Shown: positions 19,209-28,160 of the stretch, piece by piece
Layout of the letters: each line of letters begins with the position of its first letter
Numbering within the stretch: position 1 is the first letter of the stretch
The notes under the pieces: generated by a model
Database searches by the model: none
Seen by the model: only the letters and a program-made list of their open reading frames with translations
Told to the model about the DNA's origin: nothing
Made by a program: the position numbers and the translations under genes
Assembly (NCBI GenBank): GCA_965261545.1
Contig: CBDHDF010000010.1
Location: forward strand, 448,001-512,000
Reading direction: 5' to 3'
DNA: 64,000 bases
Source: Bdellovibrionales bacterium
GTDB lineage: Bacteria; Bdellovibrionota; Bdellovibrionia; Bdellovibrionales; UBA1609

Positions 19209-20444
19209 CTATCCTAGCTTCTTTTTTCCAAAACCCAAGCCTCCAAGTATGTCCTTTTTCGGGGAGGTCTTGTTATCAAATGTTTTACTACTTGGAGAAG
19301 CGGAGGTTGAAGACGTGGCACCTCTGGGGGGGGGGCGATTGGAATTGGAATTGTTGTTCAGGTATGTAATGTCACCACCCTGTTGAGAAGCACCTTGGGC
19401 GCGAACTTGCCGCAAGGGCCTTCCTAAAAACAGTTCGGCATCGTCTTCGGAGACCTTTCCTTCACTGATAAGTTTAGTAAGACTGCTTTCAAAAGTAATC
19501 ATACCATGTTCAGAACTTGTTTGCATGGTCGATGGAATTTGGTATGTCTTTCCCTCACGAATGAGGTTGGCCACCGCATGAGTATTGGTTAAAACTTCAA
19601 AGGCTGCCACTCGTCCCGCCTGGTCTCTCCTTTTAAAGAGAGTCTGTGCCACAACACCCTTTAAGCTTTCTGCCAACATCTTACGAATTTGAGCCTGCTG
19701 ACTTTCAGAAAAAACATCGATGATACGATCGATAGTTTTGGAGGCGCTGTTGGTATGGAGTGTTGCAAAGACCAAGTGACCTGTTTCAGCTGCTGTGATG
19801 GCGAGGTGAATGGTTTCTAAGTCACGCATCTCACCCACGAGAATGATATCTGGATCTTCACGAAGAGACGACCTGAGGGCATTGGCAAAGGACTTGGTAT
19901 GACTATTGATCTCTCTTTGGTTGATCAGGGATTTGATGTTAGAGTGCACAAACTCAATTGGATCTTCAATGGTGATAATATGCTCTTTTCTTGTGGAATT
20001 GATGGCATGAATGAGAGCGGCAAGAGTTGTGGATTTACCTGAACCCGTGGGGCCTGTGACGAGAATGAGTCCCCGTGAAGTATCTATAAGGCTCGTGATT
20101 TCTTTGAAGAGTCCGAGTTGCTCAGTTGTGACCACTTCTTCTGGAATCACACGAAAAACCGCTCCTAAGCCTCGTCGTTGCATAAAGACATTGCAGCGAA
20201 ATCTTCCTAGACCTTTGACGCTATAGCTACAGTCCAATTCCCACTTCTCAACAAAGTCCCTCTTTTGCTTATCCGTAATGATTTCAAAAATGAGGGACTG
20301 GACATCCGCACTCTTAAGAATTTTGTCATCGAGCTTCACTATGGATCCGTGGCTTCGGATACATGCTGGGGACCCCGCACTCAAGTGCAGATCTGAGGCA
20401 CTCTGAGCAATCATCATCTTAAAAAGTTGATCAATTTGAGCCAT
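19209..20444 (-). CDS. pilT: Type IV pilus retraction ATPase
   Basis: ASDLHL, GPTGSGKSTT, TIEDPIE, LREDPDIILVGEMRD, TGHLVFATLHT. Confidence 0.95.
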   Translation of the reverse strand: MAQIDQLFKMMIAQSASDLHLSAGSPACIRSHGSIVKLDDKILKSADVQSLIFEIITDKQKRDFVEKWELDCSYSVKGLGRFRCNVFMQRRGLGAVFRVIPEEVVTTEQLGLFKEITSLIDTSRGLILVTGPTGSGKSTTLAALIHAINSTRKEHIITIEDPIEFVHSNIKSLINQREINSHTKSFANALRSSLREDPDIILVGEMRDLETIHLAITAAETGHLVFATLHTNSASKTIDRIIDVFSESQQAQIRKMLAESLKGVVAQTLFKRRDQAGRVAAFEVLTNTHAVANLIREGKTYQIPSTMQTSSEHGMITFESSLTKLISEGKVSEDDAELFLGRPLRQVRAQGASQQGGDITYLNNNSNSNRPPPRGATSSTSASPSSKTFDNKTSPKKDILGGLGFGKKKLG

Positions 20445-20478
20445 ATGAATTCCTTTCTCAAGTTATGGTGTTATTTAC

Positions 20479-20505
20479 CTATCGGCTGCATGGAGGGAGT
20501 CCTAC
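20479..20505 (-). promoter_or_regulatory. Possible sigma-28 (FliA) -10 box upstream of pilT
   Basis: GCCGATAG on the minus strand at 20486-20479; the -35 region fits poorly. Confidence 0.3.
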
Positions 20506-20662
20506 AGGCACTTTAATACACTGCGCAGGACGAGGGGGCCAAAGCTCCTTTAATTATGTGAAATACTTTGCTTTGTTTTTATATCTGTTGTATCTATCTA
20601 GAGTTGTGTCTATATAGTCTATACATTATCTATCTAGCTGTAGGGTTAGTGGGAGGTAAAGG

Positions 20663-21031
20663 GTGTATGCTGTTATATGTTCAGGTGGAAAGCAATACAA
20701 AGTCAAACCTGGAGATGTTATCCGTGTTGAAAAAAGAGATGAAGACTTAGGAGCCGAACTACAACTGACGGATGTTTTGTTTTTGGGTGGCTGTACTCCC
20801 CCCATTGTGGGTGAGCCTCAAATCTCATCTGCCAAGGTGATGGCTCTTGTCACAGCCCAAGCGAGAGGTCCAAAAGTACTTGTATTTAAGAAAAAGCGTC
20901 GCCAAGGTTACAAGCGAATGAAAGGGCATCGCCAGGATTACACAGAGCTTTTCGTGAAATCTCTAACACTTCCCAGTGGAGAAGTTATAGGTAAGGAATT
21001 AGGTAAAGAAACAAGTAAAGAAAATAGGTAA
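20663..21031 (+). CDS. rplU: 50S ribosomal protein L21
   Basis: YAVICSGGKQYKV, FKKKRRQGY, GHRQDYT. Confidence 0.97.
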   Translation: MYAVICSGGKQYKVKPGDVIRVEKRDEDLGAELQLTDVLFLGGCTPPIVGEPQISSAKVMALVTAQARGPKVLVFKKKRRQGYKRMKGHRQDYTELFVKSLTLPSGEVIGKELGKETSKENR

Positions 21032-21044
21032 CTACTCATCCCTA

Positions 21045-21170
21045 TAGCTGCTCACGGCTTGGATGAGATACGAGGCACCAAGGCGGCGGCGACTGGAGGC
21101 GTACTTTGAGTACGTTGAAAGGAGCCACCGCCGCAGGTAACGAAGTAGATCGCCAAGGAGTGAGCAGCTA
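21045..21170. repeat. 126-bp imperfect palindromic element (RPE/MITE-like) between rplU and rpmA
   Basis: Terminal TAGCTGCTCAC...GTGAGCAGCTA; inner pairings CTTGG/CCAAG, GCGGCGG/CCGCCGC, GCGTAC-TTTGA-GTACGT. Confidence 0.75.
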
Positions 21171-21222
21171 CGAAAGTAGTGTTCAAAACTAAACTCAGTG
21201 GCAGGAAAGAAAGGAGTTCATT

Positions 21223-21510
21223 GTGGCATCAAAGAAAGCCATGGGGAGCACAAGGAATGGACGAGACAGTCAAGGTCAGCGCTTGGGCGTCAAGCGTTTT
21301 GGTGGCCAGCGTGTCAAGCCAGGGGTGATTATCGTTCGCCAAAGGGGAACTAAGTTTGATGTTGGCAATAATGTAAAAATGGGGCGTGACCATACCATCT
21401 ACTCTGTAATTCATGGGTGCGTTAAGTTTGAACGAGTGAATAAGAAAAAATTTAAAATTAGCGTGTATCCGCAAGCACCCCAAGCGGCTAAGACAAACCA
21501 AACGGCATAA
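21223..21510 (+). CDS. rpmA: 50S ribosomal protein L27
   Basis: [37 protein letters not shown]. Confidence 0.97.
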   Translation: MASKKAMGSTRNGRDSQGQRLGVKRFGGQRVKPGVIIVRQRGTKFDVGNNVKMGRDHTIYSVIHGCVKFERVNKKKFKISVYPQAPQAAKTNQTA

Positions 21511-21555
21511 TTTATTCATCACTATCCACCCACCAACCTTATGATCGACCGACCC

Positions 21556-21612
21556 TACTTAATTATGAAATTTATACTTAATTATGAAATTTATACTTAA
21601 TTATGAAATTTA
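21556..21612 (+). repeat. Three perfect copies of a 19-bp tandem repeat overlapping the obgE start
   Basis: (TACTTAATTATGAAATTTA)x3. Confidence 0.95.
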
Positions 21613-22643
21613 TAGATGAAGTTCATATTTCAGTGGGCTCTGGACATGGAGGCCCCGGCTGTGTGAGCTTCCGCCGTGAAAGCGGAATCCCCCGGGGCGG
21701 CCCCGATGGAGGGGACGGCGGAAAGGGTGGAGATGTCATCTTTCAAGCGAACCCCCAACTATCATCGCTTTTGGATCTCAGATACAAAAGAAAGTATTAT
21801 GCAGGGAATGGAGAGCCCGGAAGAGGCTCTCTGATGACCGGAGCCAGCGGTCGGAATATGGTCATTCAAATTCCCAAAGGCACAGTGATTCGTCGCGAGG
21901 AAACCGATGAGCTTGTGGTGGATATGGCAGATCATGAAGAATACCTCTTTTTAAAGGGAGGACGCGGGGGCAAAGGGAACACTTTTTATAAATCCAGTAT
22001 TCAACAAGCCCCGCAAAAGGCTCAATCCGGGGAATCGGGACATCGAGCCAACCTTCAGTTAGAGTTAAAACTTCTTGCCGATGTCGGCTTGGTCGGCATG
22101 CCCAATGGGGGAAAGTCCACATTTATTTCCAGGGTTTCAGCTGTGAAGCCCAAGGTTGCAGACTACCCCTTTACAACATTGATCCCCCATCTAGGTGTGG
22201 TTCGTTATACAGATGAGAAAACCTATGTTATGGCAGACATTCCTGGCCTTATTGAGGGCGCTCACCGTGGAATCGGGCTAGGCATTCAATTTTTAAAGCA
22301 TATTGAGAGAACCAAGATTTTTATTCACCTCATCGATGGTTCCGAAATGGCTTCCACAGAACCCCTTGAGGCTTATCAAGTTATTTGCCGAGAGCTAGAA
22401 GCCTATGATCGAGAGCAAGCTTCAAGGTTGGAGTGGACCCCTCTCATGAAGCGTCCTCAAATTGTTGTTATCAATAAGGTCGATATTATAAGTGATCTGA
22501 GAAAGAAAGAACTCAAGAAGTTGTTTGCCCACAGCTCTGCCCCCCCCCCTGTCACTTCTATTCACTTTGTTTCAGCGGCCACAGGAGAGAACATGCAGAA
22601 AATGGTTTACTTAGTGGGTGACAGAATTTTTAACCCAAGGTGA
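21603..22643 (+). CDS. obgE: GTPase ObgE/CgtA
   Basis: MKFIDE, GGPDGGDGGKGG, LADVGLVGMPNGGKST, DYPFTTL, DIPG, NKVD. Confidence 0.97.
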   Translation: MKFIDEVHISVGSGHGGPGCVSFRRESGIPRGGPDGGDGGKGGDVIFQANPQLSSLLDLRYKRKYYAGNGEPGRGSLMTGASGRNMVIQIPKGTVIRREETDELVVDMADHEEYLFLKGGRGGKGNTFYKSSIQQAPQKAQSGESGHRANLQLELKLLADVGLVGMPNGGKSTFISRVSAVKPKVADYPFTTLIPHLGVVRYTDEKTYVMADIPGLIEGAHRGIGLGIQFLKHIERTKIFIHLIDGSEMASTEPLEAYQVICRELEAYDREQASRLEWTPLMKRPQIVVINKVDIISDLRKKELKKLFAHSSAPPPVTSIHFVSAATGENMQKMVYLVGDRIFNPR

Positions 22644-23680
22644 GGCTAGGTATTTTTGGGGGTTCTTTTAATCCCATTCATAATGGACATATCAACAGCC
22701 TTGTTTCCCTGTACAAAGCCCTAGGACTAAACCGCCTCTTTGTTGTGCCTGCGGCCCAGAATCCCCTGCGCCCCCCCGTGGAGGGAGCTTCACCATGGCA
22801 TCGTCTCGAAATGGTTCAAATAGCTCTTAAGGAGACACCTTTTGAGCTAGACCCCTTTGAACTAGAAAAAGGCGGTCTTAGCTTTACAATAAACACCCTT
22901 CAGAGGTATCATAGTAGATATAGGAACTGGGAGGTAAGTCTTATTATAGGGATCGACCAATTCTTACATTTTCATCAATGGAAGGATTATAAAACAATCC
23001 TTTGTAAAAATGATCTTGTGATCACCAGCCGCCCCGGCGAGAATCTTCCCCAAAAGTCATCGGAGATACCACCCATCTTTAGATCTTTTCTAGCTCCGCC
23101 CCATACCCCAACTTCTTCAACGTACTCAATGGCTTACGAAGTGAAACTAAAAACTGGACGAAGTCTTATTTTCTATCCATTGGAAGATAGGAATATCTCT
23201 TCGACTCAAATTCGAGACAATTTAAGGAAAGGAGTGTCTGTGGCAGAAATGATTCCCAGTGAAGTTTTAGAATACATTCACCATCGTAAACTCTACAAGT
23301 CAGGTGATGTTGATACTGATGATTCTGACTTTAAAGTGCTTACAGAATTTGCAGCTCGCATTCTCTGTGATAAGGGCGGTATTCAAGTAAGAGCCTTCGA
23401 TGTGTCCCACTTAGATCGACCCACAGAGTATTATCTCATCGCATCGGGAACAAGCACAAGGCACACCACGGCCCTTGCCGAGCATATGGTCATGGGACTC
23501 AAAAAGAAGTGGACTGTCACTCCCCAAGGAACAGAAGGGGAGTTGGAGGGACGCTGGATTGCCCTCGATTATGGGTCTTTGATTGTCCATGTGTTTTATG
23601 ACTTTGTTCGCTGGGAGTACAGGCTAGAAGAACTGTGGCAAGACGGCATTGAAATGGAAGTTAAAAGCCATGAAAATTAA
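22640..23680 (+). CDS. nadD-rsfS: Nicotinate-nucleotide adenylyltransferase fused to ribosome silencing factor RsfS
   Basis: GIFGGSFNPIHNGH and ISSTQIR (NadD), followed in frame by LIASGTSTRH and WIALDYGSLIVHVF...YRLEELW (RsfS). Confidence 0.92.
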   Translation: MRLGIFGGSFNPIHNGHINSLVSLYKALGLNRLFVVPAAQNPLRPPVEGASPWHRLEMVQIALKETPFELDPFELEKGGLSFTINTLQRYHSRYRNWEVSLIIGIDQFLHFHQWKDYKTILCKNDLVITSRPGENLPQKSSEIPPIFRSFLAPPHTPTSSTYSMAYEVKLKTGRSLIFYPLEDRNISSTQIRDNLRKGVSVAEMIPSEVLEYIHHRKLYKSGDVDTDDSDFKVLTEFAARILCDKGGIQVRAFDVSHLDRPTEYYLIASGTSTRHTTALAEHMVMGLKKKWTVTPQGTEGELEGRWIALDYGSLIVHVFYDFVRWEYRLEELWQDGIEMEVKSHEN

Positions 23681-23717
23681 GAGCAATGAAATTAAGATTC
23701 ATGGAAGTTAAGAGCAA

Positions 23718-24203
23718 GTGAAGCTCGCTTTTGTGGGCTTTCTTTCGTCCAAAGATCAATGGTTTGAGTTTTTTGTCCATGGGTACACAAAAAAGATCAA
23801 CCATTTATTTCCCTTTGAATATCATTCCTTAAAGTCCAGACCCTTTCCCCAAACTCAATGGGATAGCAAAGTCCGAGAAGAATGCAAACAGCTTTTCAAA
23901 TTTCTTACCCTTAGGGATCGCCTCATTTTATTGGATGTTAAGGGTCGCTCCTTCAAAGACTCCATGGAATTTTCAAGATTCCTTGTGACCCATGTGGAGT
24001 CTGGCCCAAAGAGGTTGGTTTTTGCCGTGGGGGGAGCTTATGGATTCTCCCCGGAGGTCCATTCACGGGCCCTCGATCAAATATCTCTCTCTTCGCTCAC
24101 CATGAGTCACCAAGTGGCCATGGTGGCCTCCCTTGAGCAAATTTATCGTGGCCTTTCTATCTGGAAGGGTCTTCCCTATCACCATGAAAATCATAGCTTT
24201 TGA
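23718..24203 (+). CDS. rlmH: 23S rRNA pseudouridine-1915 N3-methyltransferase
   Basis: FAVGGAYGFS, SLSSLTMSHQ, EQIYRG...PYHH. Confidence 0.94.
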   Translation: MKLAFVGFLSSKDQWFEFFVHGYTKKINHLFPFEYHSLKSRPFPQTQWDSKVREECKQLFKFLTLRDRLILLDVKGRSFKDSMEFSRFLVTHVESGPKRLVFAVGGAYGFSPEVHSRALDQISLSSLTMSHQVAMVASLEQIYRGLSIWKGLPYHHENHSF

Positions 24204-24315
24204 TAGAGAACAGCCCTTGTGCCGGTACCGGAGACACGATGACCGGATAAAAATCTTTTCATCTAAAATACAAAGATGATAAAAGCTGAGACTAGGCTTG
24301 CAGTCACGTTGTTTT

Positions 24316-25755
24316 ATGCGTGTTTACTCCTTAACAAAACAACTTTATGAATTTGTCCCCCTTGAGGTCGAAATTTCATTTATGCCAGGTCTTCCTCGCT
24401 TTCACATTATGGGTCTCCCCGATATTGCCATACGTGAAAGTCAAGCGAGAATCAAATCAGCCCTGCGCCACCAGGGATTTAAACTTCCCCGCTATCAACA
24501 AGTTTTAGTGAACTTAAAACCCTTGCATTTAAAAAAGAGCAGTCAAGGCTTAGACTTGGCCATTGCCTGTGCTTATTTGTGGGCCTCCAAGCAGGTTCCC
24601 CTACCTGAAGTTTCCTTAGATAAAATATGTATTTATGGGGAGCTCAGTTTAGCCGGTGAAATTCAAGTCCCCGAAGACTTTGAGGACCTCGATGAAATGA
24701 AGGAAAATCACTTCATTCTGTCGGCCCCGCCCTCATCCACAACAAGGTGGAATTGGTTGGGAGCCAAAAAGCTTCAAGACCTAGAAAGCCTTGAAAAAAT
24801 CACCCCCCAAGAAGAAAGCTGTGAGTTTACAAGACCCTCTTTGGATGACAACGTCCACTTTAAACTCGCCCAAGCCCACCTTATGACTGTTGTAGGCACT
24901 GGTGAGCACTCACTCTGTATTGCCGGACCTGCTGGCTCAGGAAAAACAACATTGGTTAAAAATACCCATAGAATATTATCCAACCCCAGTCCCTGTCGCT
25001 ATCGAGAAAGTCGAAAAATGGCAAGATCCATGGGGCTTCAAGAGTCGTGGAGGCCCTTGGTGGTCCCCCACCACAGTATTCCCGTGATGTCTATGGTGGG
25101 GGGAGGAAGCCCCCCTGTTCCAGGAGAAATTTCAAGAGCCCACGGGGGTGTTCTTTTGCTGGATGAATTCTTGGAATTTCACACTTATGTTAGAGAGTCT
25201 TTAAGGGAGCCCATGGAGAGCAAAAACATCACTGTGGCTCGAAGAGGACAAATTTGCCACTTTCCCGCCAACTTCATACTCATGGCCACGACCAATCTGT
25301 GTCCCTGTGGAAACTATGTTCCCGCAAACCCCACTCGCTGTCATTTTACAATATCACGCTGCCGCTCCTACTTGGATAAACTAAGCGGTCCTCTCTTGGA
25401 TCGCTTTGCCATACTTGCCATGAGCCATCAATGGAAGGGGGACTTAATTGTGCCAATCAAGGAAATCAGAGAAAGGGTGGCTCAAGCCCAGGACTTTGCC
25501 CGCAAGACCCGAGGACAAATATCCCCCAATGCAGACTTAGATATCAAGAGTTTAGAAACTTTTGTTGACAAGTTTGTCATAGAAAATTTGCTTCCAAGCT
25601 TTGAAGGCTCTCAACGTCGAAAGAAAGCTCTTTTTCAAGTGGCAAGAAGTCTCGCTGACTTGAAGAAACAAGAGAAAATTCCCATGGAAACTCTCAATGA
25701 AGCCATGGATTTGTGCGTAAGACCTTTTAGTGATCTTAAATTTGGAGTGACTTAA
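24316..25755 (+). CDS. comM: YifB/ComM Mg-chelatase-like AAA+ ATPase
   Basis: GLPDIAIRES, GELSLAG, GPAGSGKT, PHHS, GEISRAHGGVLLLDE, NLCPCG, SGPLLDR. Confidence 0.92.
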   Translation: MRVYSLTKQLYEFVPLEVEISFMPGLPRFHIMGLPDIAIRESQARIKSALRHQGFKLPRYQQVLVNLKPLHLKKSSQGLDLAIACAYLWASKQVPLPEVSLDKICIYGELSLAGEIQVPEDFEDLDEMKENHFILSAPPSSTTRWNWLGAKKLQDLESLEKITPQEESCEFTRPSLDDNVHFKLAQAHLMTVVGTGEHSLCIAGPAGSGKTTLVKNTHRILSNPSPCRYRESRKMARSMGLQESWRPLVVPHHSIPVMSMVGGGSPPVPGEISRAHGGVLLLDEFLEFHTYVRESLREPMESKNITVARRGQICHFPANFILMATTNLCPCGNYVPANPTRCHFTISRCRSYLDKLSGPLLDRFAILAMSHQWKGDLIVPIKEIRERVAQAQDFARKTRGQISPNADLDIKSLETFVDKFVIENLLPSFEGSQRRKKALFQVARSLADLKKQEKIPMETLNEAMDLCVRPFSDLKFGVT

Positions 25756-25989
25756 GTGACTTGTAAAAGCTTACTTCTCGATAACTTGTAAGCAAGTGTC
25801 TAAAGTATGACACCAAACCTCTTAGAGCTTTCAAGAAACCCCCAAAAAACCTTGCAAAAGCAAAGCTTTACAAAAGTTTTATTGGCCTCTGTCTTGCATC
25901 TTTCATATATTATAGCTCTATGGCTATCAATTATAGCTAGGCTGCGGCTTTGGCATAATCTATGGTCACACACATGGGGGAGGGAAAGT

Positions 25990-26571
25990 ATGAAATATCT
26001 TTCACGAGTAGGATTTGGTTTAGCCGCTCTGATGGGACTGCTACTTCTTTTGTGTGTCTCCTCATCACCAAACCCGAAGGGGAGGATAAAAGCCTTAGTC
26101 TCAAGGCTTGTGTTTGACTCCATAGAAGAGCAAGATGCAGAAATCAATCATCATTTGAAACAAAATTTTATGAAACAAAAAATAAAAGCCATGGTGGTGG
26201 AGGCTGAAAATGGCGACATCAAGCTCGATCCTTTGCCTGAATTGCTGGCAAAGAAAACCGTAGATAAAAATTTGTGGGGAGTCAACTTGAAGCAAGAAAG
26301 AGGGGCTCGCCATATTGTTGCAGATATTGAAAAAGAAAAGAGAGACTCACAGCCACAACCACAAACTGTGGAACAAGAGATTCTCCAAGAAATAGCTGAA
26401 ATTGAAGCAGAAACTCAATACTACAAAATGTATAAGAAGGAGTTTATAGATTCCTTTATAGAAAATGCCTTAGAGGCCGGCTACGCAATTCAACTGAGTG
26501 AAGACCTTGAAGTTGTTGGCATTCAAGAAGCAAGAATAAAGCCTAGGCTTTATGACCCAGAAACACTTTAA
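25990..26571 (+). CDS. Hypothetical membrane-anchored protein
   Basis: Start set at MKYLSRVG after a GGAGG RBS; N-terminal hydrophobic helix; acidic helical C-terminus. Confidence 0.7.
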   Translation: MKYLSRVGFGLAALMGLLLLLCVSSSPNPKGRIKALVSRLVFDSIEEQDAEINHHLKQNFMKQKIKAMVVEAENGDIKLDPLPELLAKKTVDKNLWGVNLKQERGARHIVADIEKEKRDSQPQPQTVEQEILQEIAEIEAETQYYKMYKKEFIDSFIENALEAGYAIQLSEDLEVVGIQEARIKPRLYDPETL

Positions 26572-28115
26572 CCCAAGGGTTCTTCAAAGCTTAAAAGTTC
26601 TCCACAGGGCTCTTGCCCTGTAAGCTTTCCATCTTTCATGACAACATTTCCCTTGAGCAAAGTGGCGACGGGCCACCCTTTGACTAACTCCCCCGAAAAA
26701 GGACTCCAGCCACACTTATATCTCAACCAGTCTTCAGAAATTTTCGCCTCTTTGTTAAGGTCAATGATGGTGAAATCAGCATGGTAGCCCTCCTGAATGG
26801 CCCCCTTATGTTGGACTCCAAATAAGTTCACAGGATTCACACACATCAGTTCCACCAACTTTTCCAAACTTAAACGCCCATGTCCAACATGGTTAAGCAT
26901 AATAGGAACAATGGTTTGAACCCCTGGCATGCCCGACGGACTTAAGGGGTAAGTGCGTGCCTTTTCTTCTTTGGTATGGGGAGCATGATCTGAACCAATA
27001 ATATCCACCGTCCCATTGTAAATACCTTCCCACAAAGCATCTTGGTGGCAAACGCCACGGATGGGTGGGTTCATTTGAGCCCATGTTCCCCATTTTTCGT
27101 AACAATGAGGGGCCACCAAAGTGAGATGTTGAGGTGTGCATTCCACAGAGAGAATATTCTTTGGTGAGGGGCTTTTGGAAAGATAATTTTCTTTATGGGC
27201 TTCTCCGCAAGGAACTTCTTTATGAACTCCTCTATGGAGGGCTTCTCTATGGTTCTCTTTATAGGACTTAAGGAGTTTCATTTCCTGGGCGGTGCTCACA
27301 TGCAATACATGCACAGAACGCTGGTGTTTTGTCGCCAGCTTCAGAAGGCACTGGGTCGCCCTCAAGGCCACTTCTTCATCTCTCCACTGAGGATGAAAAG
27401 CAGGGTTGCCCTTTTGACTCTGAAGAAGTGGACTTCTTTCTTGCAAGCGAGCTTCATCTTCGGCGTGAATGGCCACACGCCTTTTTCCCAAGGCTAAAAT
27501 GCGATCCAAAGCCTCGCTGTCTTTAACGAGGAGGTTGCCTGTGGAGGACCCCATAAAAATTTTGATACCACAACAGCCGGGAAGTTTTTCCAACTCAAGA
27601 AGCTGCTCCCCATTGTCAGGAGTGGCCCCTGCGTAAAAGGCATAGTGGGACCAACAGCGCCCCTGGGCTCGACCCACCTTATTTTTGAATTGTTCCACAG
27701 TGATTGTCGGGGGAAGTGTGTTGGGCATTTCAAAAACAGCGGTGATGCCCCCAAGAATGGCAGCCCTGGTTCCTGAAAAGAGATCTTCTTTGTGCTCCAA
27801 ACCAGGCTCTCGAAAATGAACCTGGGTATCCATAAGCCCTGGTAAAATGTGAAGCCCTTGGGCATCAAAAACCTGCTCTCCCAAATGGGAGTCGATGGAA
27901 CCCACTTGGGTGATCCAACCTCCACGAATACCTACGTCTGCGGTGACCTGGGTGAGTGGACCGATAAGGGGAACATGGCCTTCTTTCACCTTACCAGCCC
28001 CCCCCGTATGACTCTCGTTCTCACAGCCCCCCCCATAGGGAGCTTTTCCGTAGATTTTACTGGTTCTTCTGTGGGGAACCAAACAGGTGCCAGCCTTAAT
28101 GATTAAATCAAACAT
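26568..28115 (-). CDS. pyrC: Dihydroorotase (amidohydrolase superfamily)
   Basis: DTQVHFREPG, EMPNT, KIFMGSSTG, HAED, HVST, QMNPPIR, SDHAPH, KCGWSPF. Confidence 0.9.
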   Translation of the reverse strand: MFDLIIKAGTCLVPHRRTSKIYGKAPYGGGCENESHTGGAGKVKEGHVPLIGPLTQVTADVGIRGGWITQVGSIDSHLGEQVFDAQGLHILPGLMDTQVHFREPGLEHKEDLFSGTRAAILGGITAVFEMPNTLPPTITVEQFKNKVGRAQGRCWSHYAFYAGATPDNGEQLLELEKLPGCCGIKIFMGSSTGNLLVKDSEALDRILALGKRRVAIHAEDEARLQERSPLLQSQKGNPAFHPQWRDEEVALRATQCLLKLATKHQRSVHVLHVSTAQEMKLLKSYKENHREALHRGVHKEVPCGEAHKENYLSKSPSPKNILSVECTPQHLTLVAPHCYEKWGTWAQMNPPIRGVCHQDALWEGIYNGTVDIIGSDHAPHTKEEKARTYPLSPSGMPGVQTIVPIMLNHVGHGRLSLEKLVELMCVNPVNLFGVQHKGAIQEGYHADFTIIDLNKEAKISEDWLRYKCGWSPFSGELVKGWPVATLLKGNVVMKDGKLTGQEPCGELLSFEEPLG

Positions 28116-28160
28116 CGTGGAACCTTACTAAGCATAGCAGAGCCTTTCATATAACGAAGC

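Noticed and set aside
26568..28115. QxH in place of HxH at the dihydroorotase metal site
   Set aside because: QVHFREPG is a recognised variant in this dihydroorotase subgroup and the other motifs are intact.
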